Virus record (IMG/VR): IMGVR_UViG_3300037041_001101
Span: 985-64,984 of that record
Strand: one strand, 5' to 3'
DNA from: a virus
Taxonomy: Duplodnaviria > Caudoviricetes
DNA: 64,000 bases
Part shown: piece by piece, positions 9,134-18,245 of the stretch
How the letters are laid out: each line of letters opens with the position of its first letter
Numbering within the stretch: the stretch's first letter is position 1
Notes under the pieces: generated by a model
What the model was told of the DNA's origin: nothing
Databases searched by the model: none
What the model saw: only the letters and a program-made list of their open reading frames with translations
Program-made: the position numbers and the translations under genes

Positions 9134-10486
9134 TTATTTTGCAAAGTCTTTGTTTTTCAAAGCGTTAAGTAATTTAGATTGCGTTACATCTTTGGCAGCG
9201 AGTGCGGTTATCAATCTTTCATCGATGGTATCTCTTGCCACTATATGAATGATACGCACAGGTCGGGTCTGCCCTTGTCGATATACACGCCCATTAAACT
9301 GTTGATAAAGTTCGAGTGACCAGTTAAGACCAAACCATACGATAATCCCACCACCCTGTTGTAAATTTAAACCAAATGCAGCGCTAGCTGGGTGGGCTAA
9401 CAGTAACGGTATTTCTCCAGCATTCCACCGAGTGATCGTATCTGGACTCTTATCAAGTTGTTGCGCTTGTGGGAAGCGTTTCTGTAGCCGCTCAAGATCT
9501 GTTTTGAAATTGTACGCAACTAAAATGTTTTCCCCTTCGTTCTGCTCAATGATATCTGCGAGCGCATCGATCTTTACTGAGTGTATCTCCACCCAGTTTT
9601 TAAACTCTGAGGTATAGATTGCGCCAACCGAATATTGAAGCAACTTATTTGCAAGAACCGCTGCGGATATCGCTTCCACCACATCACCAGAATCGAGTTC
9701 TAAAAGAAGATCTTTTTCAAACTCATCGTATTGTTTCTTAACTTTGGGTGGTAGCTCTACATATTCAGTTAAGTCTATACGTTCAGGTAACTCTAAATAA
9801 TCCTCCGCACTCATAGACAGTACCATGTGTTGGATCGCATTATGTATTTGCATATCCGCACCTGGACGAGGCATATATTTATAACCCATATAATCAGCTT
9901 CAAAGAAGCGTTGCTTATAAGCAGTCATGGTTCGACCTAGTGCTATACCACTATCTAATAGATAAATCTGTGCCCATAAATCGAGCAGACCGTTCGAGGC
10001 TGGTGTGGCAGTTAGGCCGACAAAATAGTTAGTGAACGGTAAGATTTTCTTCAAGTACTTATGACGTTGTGATGACGGGCTCTTTGCGGAGCTCAACTCA
10101 TCAAATACAACCATATCGAAAGGCCACTTTTTACCGTACAATTTAACCAACCACGGGATGTTTTCACGATTGATTGTGTAGACATCAGCGGTACGATGTA
10201 GTGCTGTTAGACGGTCTTTTTCTGTACCGGTACACACTTGTACTTTTAAGTGTGTTAAGTGTCTCCAGTTAGCCGCTTCGGTATGCCACACAGAGTTGGC
10301 TACTCGGAGTGGTGCTATGATGAGCACCTTATGGACGTTCATCTGATCTTGAAGATCTGATATCGCAGTTAGAGTGGTTAAAGTTTTCCCAAGCCCTAAA
10401 TCTAAAAACAAAGCGCAACGCTTTTTTTCTTTGATGAACTCAACGGCTTTAGTTTGATACGCATGCATATCACTTTTCAAATGCAC
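9134..10486 (-). CDS. SNF2-like SF2 helicase
   Basis: LDLGLGKT, VFDELS, LTATP, GLNLQ, QQFNGRVYRQGQ; GTG start with GGAGG SD. Confidence 0.93.
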   Translation of the reverse strand: MHLKSDMHAYQTKAVEFIKEKKRCALFLDLGLGKTLTTLTAISDLQDQMNVHKVLIIAPLRVANSVWHTEAANWRHLTHLKVQVCTGTEKDRLTALHRTADVYTINRENIPWLVKLYGKKWPFDMVVFDELSSAKSPSSQRHKYLKKILPFTNYFVGLTATPASNGLLDLWAQIYLLDSGIALGRTMTAYKQRFFEADYMGYKYMPRPGADMQIHNAIQHMVLSMSAEDYLELPERIDLTEYVELPPKVKKQYDEFEKDLLLELDSGDVVEAISAAVLANKLLQYSVGAIYTSEFKNWVEIHSVKIDALADIIEQNEGENILVAYNFKTDLERLQKRFPQAQQLDKSPDTITRWNAGEIPLLLAHPASAAFGLNLQQGGGIIVWFGLNWSLELYQQFNGRVYRQGQTRPVRIIHIVARDTIDERLITALAAKDVTQSKLLNALKNKDFAK

Positions 10487-10745
10487 GAGCGTCCTCCATT
10501 GAGTTGATAACTCGTACATCACAACCTAATGCGCGTCTACGTTCATGATCGAGTTCTTGTAAAGGTGTTGCGTGTTTCCCTTCGTTCTTCAGTTCGACGA
10601 ATATAATAACACCACCAGGTAGTGTTACAAGACGATCAGGACAACTCCTACGTCCAGGCGTTACGAACTTTTCAGCCATGCCACCCAACTCTTTGACTCG
10701 CTTGACGAGTGCTTGCTCAATGTGTCGTTCAAGCACTGAGTTCAC
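10470..10745 (-). CDS. VRR-NUC nuclease
   Basis: E..IE..L, PDRLV, FVELK, TPLQ. Confidence 0.9.
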   Translation of the reverse strand: MNSVLERHIEQALVKRVKELGGMAEKFVTPGRRSCPDRLVTLPGGVIIFVELKNEGKHATPLQELDHERRRALGCDVRVINSMEDARAFEK

Positions 10746-10885
10746 CTATTAGGTTATCCAATCTGTATTTTAAACTCTCAGGCATTTCGTTCTCCTCTTG
10801 AAAAACAGTGGCTGTTACTCTACCTTCTGGAACCCAATCATGAGAGAAATAAATATCATTCATCTCTTCTACAAAAACTTTAAAT

Positions 10886-11296
10886 TCAAGCCTTGTCATA
10901 TCCCACCTCTTTCAATAATTCGTTAGCCATACTGATGTACACCGGATAATCCACATCTTGAGGGAAGATGTCCGGTAGATCCATTAACGGTCTTGCGCCA
11001 CCAGACATTGGCACTCGGTTTGAGTTCTTCGCGTAGTGTATGCATGTTTCTTTATCAACCTCAGACGAGTAGTAAAAGCGTACTGCCTTACCAAGGTAGC
11101 CACCTTGCCATGTTGCTCCACCTGTCACCTTACGCACTGTGACGAACTGGGTGATGTCTTTGCATGCCATAATTGTTTGTTCAATTGGGACGTTACGCGC
11201 CACGCAATACGCAACCGCTTTCTGTACGATCGAACAGTTCGGGTTCTTAGCAAGGCCTGTGGGTGCAAAGATACCTTTGCCTTTGTATTTAATCAT
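10886..11296 (-). CDS. Family-B DNA polymerase, C-terminal (thumb) piece
   Basis: KGKGIFA..GLAKNP, VRKVTGGA, YLGKAVRFYY, DVDY..YI..A; own SD AGGAG at 11305-11309. Confidence 0.8.
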   Translation of the reverse strand: MIKYKGKGIFAPTGLAKNPNCSIVQKAVAYCVARNVPIEQTIMACKDITQFVTVRKVTGGATWQGGYLGKAVRFYYSSEVDKETCIHYAKNSNRVPMSGGARPLMDLPDIFPQDVDYPVYISMANELLKEVGYDKA

Positions 11297-11939
11297 TTAT
11301 TTTTCTCCTAATAACTCTAAAACCTTTACAAAAAACATCATCAGACTTTCTTCTATGAAAATTGGATAAAACTGTTTGTAAATTTAACTCAACTAAACCT
11401 TTGTAATTAACAATTGTTTCTACACTGTCTTTAATGACAACATATTCGTATTTAGTTAGCGTTTTTGATAACAGTTTTGATTGTGTATCTTTTCGATAAG
11501 TATTATTTTTCCAATTATCTTTTAACTTTTCCCCATGTAAGGAACGAAGTCCGTTTGACCATTCTTTTTTTAACCTGTTTGATATTTTTTTTGAAGTTTT
11601 TTCATGAGTTATCATACCCTCTGGACAATCTCTTCTTAAGTTGTAACCAAAAACATCATCACATGTTTTTAAACTTTCAATCCAAAAAAATTCCTTTTCA
11701 AAAAGAAATTCTTCTGAGCATTCTTCCAATGTTATAAAATTAAAATTTTCAAATCCAAATTTCTCCATATCATACAAAAGATCATTGTTCATATGATTCA
11801 ATCTTTTATTTTTAAAATCAAGTTTATATGATGTAAATCTGTTGGAAAAATTTTTAGTTTTACCCACATAAATTTTTCCGTTTATAAGATTTAAAACACC
11901 ATATATTCCGCTTTTGTTTTTATTACATTTAAATATCAT
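11289..11939 (-). CDS. GIY-YIG homing endonuclease
   Basis: SGIY..NLINGKIYVGKT..R, E..WI, GYNL; very AT-rich. Confidence 0.9.
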   Translation of the reverse strand: MIFKCNKNKSGIYGVLNLINGKIYVGKTKNFSNRFTSYKLDFKNKRLNHMNNDLLYDMEKFGFENFNFITLEECSEEFLFEKEFFWIESLKTCDDVFGYNLRRDCPEGMITHEKTSKKISNRLKKEWSNGLRSLHGEKLKDNWKNNTYRKDTQSKLLSKTLTKYEYVVIKDSVETIVNYKGLVELNLQTVLSNFHRRKSDDVFCKGFRVIRRKIND

Positions 11940-11954
11940 ATTGCCGCCATATAG

Positions 11955-13418
11955 TTATTTGTATACAGCAATATAATTGTTTACGTTTAAAAAAGCAATA
12001 GATTTATATTCTTTTACTTCAAGTTGATAGCCTGTGGTTAATTCCCAATCGAAAGAAACCTCTTCACATTTATCTCTGATAGTATTTTTACCATAACAAA
12101 CAATACCATCCGTGTTGGCTGACATAACAGAAATACCAGCGTCTTCCATTGCTTCAATTAACACGAGTAAACAAAGCTGACCTGTGATTGTAGTTTGTAA
12201 TAATAATTCTGGCGCATAGAGAGCACTGTATTTTGACCCTAGCTTCCCGAACGAACCATTACATGCTATTTTTTTAACATCTGATTCTGTTTTATACTTT
12301 AGAAGTTCTGATTTTATAGATTTTATCTCAGATTCTTTTCCTTTTTCCTTTTCCAAACCGTCTATTATTGTTTCTAATTCGTCAATCTTCTTCTTTGCGA
12401 AATTTCTTTCTTCAACAATCTTTTTGTAAATCTTTAAAAAAGGTTTACCCATGTTTTTAGGTGCTAACTTTTGTTGTAAAATGATACTCGGATAGTAGCC
12501 ACGAACGTCCCGCTCGATCAAGAACCATCCCTCTTTCGCCTCTATATACTGCGACTTCTCACACGAGTGTAGACCACCGATACCCATCTGATACTTGCGG
12601 CCGCTGATCTTAATGTCTTCTTTCTTTAACCAGTCCGGTAGCACTAGCGCACCGTTGACACCCAAGGTGAACGGTTCTTTGATAACACGTGCTAAGATGT
12701 TGTTCAACTGCTCGCTCTTGAAGGAGACGATCTCAGGGTCTTGATAATAGAACTTCGCATCGTCAGCGACCGTAGGTCTAGAAGGTTTCTTACCGGTAAT
12801 CTTTTGCAGTTCGCTGGAGATAACCGTCTCGGCAATCTGAGCATCTGACTTAGAGCGCAAGTCCATACCGTACTGCTCAGTCATTGACTCGCGTAGCGTG
12901 ATCTGAGGGATGAGTGCTTGGTAGAGTTCTTGTGTGGTCTGTAAGTCGTTCTCGCAATACTTTCTTAGCTCTTCTCGTTGCTCTGGTGAGATCAATGCGG
13001 AAGGTTCGATAGGTAAGTCTTGTAATTTCTTTGAGTGTAGCCTTCCACCGTAGATCTTCAAGGAAGACATACCAGGTGCTACTTCGATAAGATCAATATG
13101 ATCCCATTTTGGACAGGGTAGGTTATTATCTTGGTAAGTCCTATACGCTGATCGGTTTGATCCGATAATAGAATCGCATAGCTTTTTTATTTGCGCATTG
13201 TTCCATCCAGACATAGCTGCCACGATGATCGGTAAGTCAAAGTTGTTACCGTTGAAACTGATCGTGGTGTTCTTACGCATGATATTGGAAAGAACTGCTA
13301 GATCTAGCGGTTGGTCTTCGTGCAACTCAAGGTGGATGATTTTACCTGTCTCTACACATTTAGCCGCGAAGAGAAAGTAGTTGGAGTAGATCTCTGTATC
13401 GATGATTATCTTTTTCAT
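11955..13418 (-). CDS. Family-B DNA polymerase, N-terminal piece (exonuclease, fingers, palm)
   Basis: ExoI DTE, ExoII FNGNNFD, ExoIII YCEND; motif A DVRGYYPS, B KIACNGSFGK, C ANTDG; ends NNYIAVYK. Confidence 0.9.
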   Translation of the reverse strand: MKKIIIDTEIYSNYFLFAAKCVETGKIIHLELHEDQPLDLAVLSNIMRKNTTISFNGNNFDLPIIVAAMSGWNNAQIKKLCDSIIGSNRSAYRTYQDNNLPCPKWDHIDLIEVAPGMSSLKIYGGRLHSKKLQDLPIEPSALISPEQREELRKYCENDLQTTQELYQALIPQITLRESMTEQYGMDLRSKSDAQIAETVISSELQKITGKKPSRPTVADDAKFYYQDPEIVSFKSEQLNNILARVIKEPFTLGVNGALVLPDWLKKEDIKISGRKYQMGIGGLHSCEKSQYIEAKEGWFLIERDVRGYYPSIILQQKLAPKNMGKPFLKIYKKIVEERNFAKKKIDELETIIDGLEKEKGKESEIKSIKSELLKYKTESDVKKIACNGSFGKLGSKYSALYAPELLLQTTITGQLCLLVLIEAMEDAGISVMSANTDGIVCYGKNTIRDKCEEVSFDWELTTGYQLEVKEYKSIAFLNVNNYIAVYK

Positions 13419-14038
13419 TTTATGTTCCTTGATGGGTGACATCAATTATTTAGTTTGTAAACGTATGTTATTTTACCAGCAGTTTTCTTATAAGTCGCTT
13501 CTCCGTTTTCAATTGCTTCTTTTAATCGTTTTGCAAAGGGTTTTAATTCACCCTTATATTTTGTCCTGACAGCTTTATCATGGTATTGCTTATCATTCCA
13601 AAGAATAACTTTTGCTCCAGGTTTCTTACCTAAACATTCAAAGTTTGATGCTTTATATATTGTTCCCTCATGCCCATACTCCATATCAGCGTAGCTAACT
13701 ATTACTTTCAAATCTGTATTCTTCTTTAACCATCGAAGCATACCACCTATAAAATAACTTTCTGTATTTTTAGGTGTATCGTCTATGCAACATAATCTTC
13801 TAAGTTCTATACAATCACTTTCCTTATCGGCAAATCTTTTCCATTGATTCGCCATTGCCATCCTACCAAAAAATGCTGCTCCAATTATTTCAAAACCATT
13901 TGTTAGTTTAAAACAATAATCGGTCATGCAACCATTGATGGATTTTGAGTAGTGATGTTCTTCTATAAACTTAACAATATCTTTTCGTTCGCATCGTTCT
14001 ATTTTAAATTCTTTTACTTTCATTTTATGTTCCTTGAT
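13413..14038. repeat. 21-bp perfect direct repeat at the starts of pol and the Mom-like gene
   Basis: TTTCATTTTATGTTCCTTGAT at 13413-13433 and 14018-14038. Confidence 0.9.
13442..14023 (-). CDS. Mom-family (GNAT) DNA adenine-modification protein
   Basis: HHYS, ELRRL, PKNTESYFI, VSYAD..GHEGTIYKASNF motifs resembling phage Mu Mom. Confidence 0.8.
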   Translation of the reverse strand: MKVKEFKIERCERKDIVKFIEEHHYSKSINGCMTDYCFKLTNGFEIIGAAFFGRMAMANQWKRFADKESDCIELRRLCCIDDTPKNTESYFIGGMLRWLKKNTDLKVIVSYADMEYGHEGTIYKASNFECLGKKPGAKVILWNDKQYHDKAVRTKYKGELKPFAKRLKEAIENGEATYKKTAGKITYVYKLNN

Positions 14039-14115
14039 AGGGTAGCTATCGTTAGGGTTTACTGGTGTGTAAGATTACACACCAATGTAACTATTTTTAT
14101 TTTCCTTTGTATAAC

Positions 14116-14147
14116 AAAAAAAAAAAAACCACCTGGGCAGGTGGTTT
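14116..14147 (-). terminator. Intrinsic terminator after SSB gene
   Basis: A-run plus AAACCACCTG-GG-CAGGTGGTTT hairpin. Confidence 0.75.
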
Positions 14148-14166
14148 AATTCTGATCGGTTAGACT

Positions 14167-14694
14167 TTAGAACACGTCGTCTTCGTCATCTGATCCAAAT
14201 GCATCAAAATCGTTAACTGATCCTGAAGAGCCATCCCCGAAAGGCTGACCCTCCTTGAAGAACTGAACGCCTAATAAAGTAGCATTGATTCTCTTACCGT
14301 AATTGTTGTCTTGTGCCCACAACTCGATACTCGCATTGACATAACAACCTGAGTATGGACGGCCGTCGTCTTCAACCAACGGAGATTTGTCTCTGTCGAT
14401 AACCAATGGTCTTTTCTTAGAGCTGGCTTTCAAAGAGAAGTGATTGGCGTATCCGTCATACTCAACCAAGTCGCCGTCACGAAGACACAATTTGTCTGGA
14501 CCTAACTTAGCGCCTTTCAGGTTGGTCTTGATCAGTTCTTTGATCTGAGCTTGGATCGATTCGATCTGATCCGCTTGTGTTTCTTTGTCAAGCAGGAAAG
14601 TACCTTCAAACCCAGTTTCTTCACCGTTAAACACGGCTTTCTTGAACAAAGAAGGGAAAGAGATGCGTACGTTTTTTAAGATTATTTTAGCCAT
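14167..14694 (-). CDS. DUF2815 ssDNA-binding protein (T7 gp2.5-like)
   Basis: NVRISFPSLF, LRDGD, YSGCYVNASI, GVQFFKEG.PFG, acidic tail ending in F. Confidence 0.9.
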   Translation of the reverse strand: MAKIILKNVRISFPSLFKKAVFNGEETGFEGTFLLDKETQADQIESIQAQIKELIKTNLKGAKLGPDKLCLRDGDLVEYDGYANHFSLKASSKKRPLVIDRDKSPLVEDDGRPYSGCYVNASIELWAQDNNYGKRINATLLGVQFFKEGQPFGDGSSGSVNDFDAFGSDDEDDVF

Positions 14695-14747
14695 TTTTTA
14701 TTTTCCTTTTAGGATTGAGTTTTAAGTTTTATTTTTACAGCGAGTTA

Positions 14748-14790
14748 AGTGTAACTCAACTTTTAGGGTTGTGTCAAACTTTATTTTTAA
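14748..14790 (-). promoter_or_regulatory. Sigma70 promoter for SSB
   Basis: AAAAATAAAG-TTGACA-N18-TACACT. Confidence 0.75.
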
Positions 14791-14793
14791 TAT

Positions 14794-15372
14794 TTAATCT
14801 ATAACAACTCCGTATATAGCTTCCCACACATCTTTGTGGTACGAATTAACTTCACCATAGTTTTGATCGAACACTTTCTTAACTTCATATCCATTCGATT
14901 TACTATAATTGCGTAGCGGTGGGTAAAAGTATTTCTTACCGTCACGCATCTCCATTCGTTTTATAGACGACCAGTCATGCGCCATGTCTAAAGTTACTTT
15001 TAAGTTTGCTCTTTCTATCTCAATAGCTTCTAATCGTTCCAGCAAAACAACTTGTTCTCTTGCCAACTCAAGTTGTGTTTTTGGTTTCTGATTAGCTTCC
15101 AGTTCTTGCCACCTACGTATTATTTTTAAACGTACTTGGACGTTATAACCACTAACAAGCAACACACTTAACTCCTTATCTAATAGGATTTCAGAGGTCA
15201 TATTGTTATCAGCTATAAGTATTTGATATTGTTCAGAACTCAGATCTGAGTCGTCTAAACCTTTCAACATTGTTCTAATATCTCGCAATACATTCCCGTG
15301 ATCTTTCGCTGTTAGTTCGGCAAGTTCTTTACTAGACATAACTAATGTAGTTCCAAGGATTATTTCATTCAT
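14794..15372 (-). CDS. Rha-family regulatory/antirepressor protein
   Basis: MSSKELAELT.K.H.NVLRDIR..LLVSGY..R.KII.RWQELE. Confidence 0.85.
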   Translation of the reverse strand: MNEIILGTTLVMSSKELAELTAKDHGNVLRDIRTMLKGLDDSDLSSEQYQILIADNNMTSEILLDKELSVLLVSGYNVQVRLKIIRRWQELEANQKPKTQLELAREQVVLLERLEAIEIERANLKVTLDMAHDWSSIKRMEMRDGKKYFYPPLRNYSKSNGYEVKKVFDQNYGEVNSYHKDVWEAIYGVVID

Positions 15373-15497
15373 TTTCTTACTCGCATAAAAAAAAAGCCGC
15401 TTTAAACACCCTCGGAAGTGAGCAGATAAGTTGGCTCAGGGTAATTAAATTGGCTTTCGTTTAACATATCTTTTTAACGGCTTCCGACCGAGGCTTA

Positions 15498-15540
15498 ATA
15501 ATAACCTCGGTTTGAAATCTTTGTCAAATTTTATTTTTAT
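15498..15540 (-). promoter_or_regulatory. Sigma70 promoter for Rha leader
   Basis: AAAAATAAAA-TTGACA-N18-TATTAT. Confidence 0.7.
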
Positions 15541-15657
15541 CCTCTTGTTGTTTGATGATAATCACCATGATCTTTTCAGCGTAATGCTGGCGATCCTTGG
15601 AGCTGTTGGTTGGTTTCTGATACAGATCGAGCAGTTCTTGTATTTCTTTAGTTAGTT

Positions 15658-15927
15658 TCATTCTTCCCCTATGTTCATATCATCTTGTTGCATTTGAAGA
15701 AAGCGTTCCGCGTCAATCGCATCGTTTTGTCGTTGTCGGTTGGCCTGTTCTAGTTCGGCTAACACCTGGACACGTTGCATCGCTGCTACATCGTGCTCAG
15801 TCTGTTGCTGTTGTTCTAACGAGTTGTAGCCGTGCGAACGGTATCCGTACCCATAATCACCTGCGTCAATAGCGTACACGGTTGTGTGTACGGACAATGT
15901 GAGTACAGCGAAGAGTAATTTTTTCAT
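15658..15927 (-). CDS. Secreted hypothetical protein
   Basis: MKKLLFAVLTLSVHTTVYA signal peptide; SD GGAG. Confidence 0.6.
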   Translation of the reverse strand: MKKLLFAVLTLSVHTTVYAIDAGDYGYGYRSHGYNSLEQQQQTEHDVAAMQRVQVLAELEQANRQRQNDAIDAERFLQMQQDDMNIGEE

Positions 15928-15929
15928 TA

Positions 15930-16328
15930 TTAATCTCCTACTCGTTCTATATTGTCGTAACATACTGCTCTGTCTTCAGTACTCCACGAAGTGCACCCGT
16001 TAAGAAAAGCTGTGGGTGCTCCATTTTTATTTAACCCACCAAAATAACCTTTTTGAGTAACCCCATAGTCCCAAGCGTCATCCCAAACAAGGACCTTATC
16101 ATCAATCTTCCAATCTTCGTAGGGAGACACTTCTATCAGGTCTAAACCAGATGTGTCAATATTATTACCCTCATGGAATCTACCTTCTAAACTCCAACTA
16201 TTCATTTGAAAACCATCAGTATAAACAATAGCTCCTTGAACCTGTTGGTCTCTGTTGTGAGGATAAATGGCATGTATAACTACAGTAGTTCCCGATCTTG
16301 TCTTGTACTTTTTATCCAAGCTGATCAT
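15930..16328 (-). CDS. Hypothetical phage protein
   Basis: K.Y.TR.G..V, DLIE, IDDKVLVWD. Confidence 0.65.
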   Translation of the reverse strand: MISLDKKYKTRSGTTVVIHAIYPHNRDQQVQGAIVYTDGFQMNSWSLEGRFHEGNNIDTSGLDLIEVSPYEDWKIDDKVLVWDDAWDYGVTQKGYFGGLNKNGAPTAFLNGCTSWSTEDRAVCYDNIERVGD

Positions 16329-16329
16329 C

Positions 16330-16668
16330 TTAGTAATCTCCTACGTCTTCTTGTTGACATTCTAAGTAATCCCAGACAAGGTCTTCCAGCCTGTCGTTAT
16401 TGATCACCTCTTCGACCAGTTTGGACTGCTCAGGTGTGATGCTGATTGCGTTACCTTGTTCGTTATACACCTTAGTGATAACGAGGTTCTCTAGTTCAAC
16501 GCTAGGCAACTCTTCTGGTTGCCACATTGTACCGGCATAACCGTTGTACGCTGAGAACTCAACTTCGATAAGAAGCGAAGAGAACTCTTCAGGTGGGCAT
16601 AGAAGCTTACCGATCGAGTTGTCGATCTCTTGCTCGGTGGTCAACATGTAATCAATTTCTATTATCAT
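16330..16668 (-). CDS. Acidic hypothetical protein
   Basis: First gene after promoter; SD AGGA. Confidence 0.6.
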   Translation of the reverse strand: MIIEIDYMLTTEQEIDNSIGKLLCPPEEFSSLLIEVEFSAYNGYAGTMWQPEELPSVELENLVITKVYNEQGNAISITPEQSKLVEEVINNDRLEDLVWDYLECQQEDVGDY

Positions 16669-16706
16669 TTTAGTTTTCCTTTTAGGTTTTGTTTTAAGTC
16701 GTGTTA

Positions 16707-16748
16707 AGTATAACTAAACATTGGCGTGGGTGTCAAATTTTTATTTAA
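16707..16748 (-). promoter_or_regulatory. Sigma70 promoter
   Basis: AAATAAAAA-TTGACA-N18-TATACT. Confidence 0.75.
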
Positions 16749-17869
16749 TCAAAGTCAGAGATGTCCCCAGAGACGATCTCAGGGCGCGGATCGTTAAAGT
16801 GTGCCAAGGTTGGTTTGCCTTGGGTCTTGCTGATCAGGCCGTTAAGCAGTGCGGCTTTCTTCTTACCTAACGCCTTTTCTGCCATGGGGGCAGTGATTAG
16901 CTTCTTTGGTGCGAAAGCCTTTTCGCCTAACTCTTCTGTGAGTATACGTTCGGCTGTTTGCTCATCAGACCATGCTCGTGAGGAACGACCGGTTACCAAC
17001 TTATAACCAGGGAAGTCTAAACCTTCTTGCAGTCTTTCAAAGGCCAGATCTTCGATCGCTTCAAGCCAGCTGATTATGAGTTTCTTGTTTTCCAATGCGA
17101 AGCGCAAATCTCTGGTAGAGAGTTTGTCTGGGGACTTAGGAGCAAGTGTCGCATCTGAGAAGTCCGCGAGCAGTGCGCTTTCAGTCAGATCCATCAACTC
17201 TTTACAGGTTGCTTTGGCTTTGCACCAGGTGCAAGCCTTCTCTGAGGCTACTCGTGGCGCGTCAGGCAATTCACAAAGGCTTGCTCGTTCTCTGACGTAT
17301 TCGGCCCACTTGAGCAGAGTTGTGACATCTGTTTCCCATACTGAGATATGATCTAACCGTGGCTGCACGATGTGTATACGTATGGTCTGTATGTCGTACA
17401 AGAAACCAAAATCAGACAGTGCGCCTAGCGCGTAGAGTTTCCCTTGAGGGTTATCCTCAGCGTCAACACGTATCCCTTTACCATACTTTAGGTCAATAAT
17501 GTGCATCAGACTACCGTCGATAACAATAGCGTCACTCGTACCGAACGCTTCTGGCACCCACTCAGAGAAGTCAACTCTTTGCTCGATCATACGTGTACCT
17601 TGGTGTGAGTTCACGTAGTCTACGTATTCTTGCACATAGATACACATCTCTTCATCTACGTTCCATCCTGTCTCTGGTAGCGTGGTGTGCAGGTAAGATA
17701 ACGCATCACGATCATTCTTAAGACAAAGCTCTGAGAGTTCGTGTGCTGAACTACCCTCATGTGCGAACTTTGAAGACTTCTCAACGATTCCTTCCTCTGC
17801 TCTAACTGACCCAGGGCAACGAAGCCAACGCTCCGCTCCCGATGCTGATAACTTCGCGTGGGCTAACAT
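16745..17869 (-). CDS. DUF2800 Cas4-like PD-(D/E)xK exonuclease
   Basis: HAKLSAS..RW..CPGS, FGTSD, IIDLKYGKG, NPQ..LYALG, QPRLD, C.WC..K..C. Confidence 0.9.
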   Translation of the reverse strand: MLAHAKLSASGAERWLRCPGSVRAEEGIVEKSSKFAHEGSSAHELSELCLKNDRDALSYLHTTLPETGWNVDEEMCIYVQEYVDYVNSHQGTRMIEQRVDFSEWVPEAFGTSDAIVIDGSLMHIIDLKYGKGIRVDAEDNPQGKLYALGALSDFGFLYDIQTIRIHIVQPRLDHISVWETDVTTLLKWAEYVRERASLCELPDAPRVASEKACTWCKAKATCKELMDLTESALLADFSDATLAPKSPDKLSTRDLRFALENKKLIISWLEAIEDLAFERLQEGLDFPGYKLVTGRSSRAWSDEQTAERILTEELGEKAFAPKKLITAPMAEKALGKKKAALLNGLISKTQGKPTLAHFNDPRPEIVSGDISDFD

Positions 17870-18243
17870 TCGATGACCTCTAAATCTAGTTTCTCTTGTT
17901 CGCGTATGCGTCTTGCTTCTGCTCGTTGCGCTGCTTTCCAAGCTCTGCGTCCGGCTTCTTTTTCAAACGCTGCTATTTGGTTCGGGTGGTATACGATCTT
18001 AGTATGATCGTATACGTAGAACGTATCGCTGTGGAGATTGAGCTGATGCTTAACGATCGCGCAGTCATCCTCACCGAACACTTTGGGTTTGTACTCGGTG
18101 AGGTTCTTACAGTTACGACCGATGGCGATCACCCTGGCGACCATCGCAACCGCTGTTGCATCATCTTGTTCGCTGTAGTTACGAATGATGATGCGTCTAG
18201 GTTCTTGGTCTGGTGGTACGTTTTTCTTTTCATACTCAAACAT
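17863..18243 (-). CDS. Hypothetical protein
   Basis: SD GGAG; overlaps DUF2800 start. Confidence 0.55.
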   Translation of the reverse strand: MFEYEKKNVPPDQEPRRIIIRNYSEQDDATAVAMVARVIAIGRNCKNLTEYKPKVFGEDDCAIVKHQLNLHSDTFYVYDHTKIVYHPNQIAAFEKEAGRRAWKAAQRAEARRIREQEKLDLEVIEC

Positions 18244-18245
18244 TG

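Noticed and set aside
11289-11955. Group I intron interrupting the polymerase
   Set aside because: Only 15 nt of non-coding sequence, no recognisable P3-P7 core, and the downstream piece has its own SD and ATG
16745-17869. CRISPR-associated Cas4
   Set aside because: DUF2800 exonuclease in the standard phage SSB/pol/helicase module
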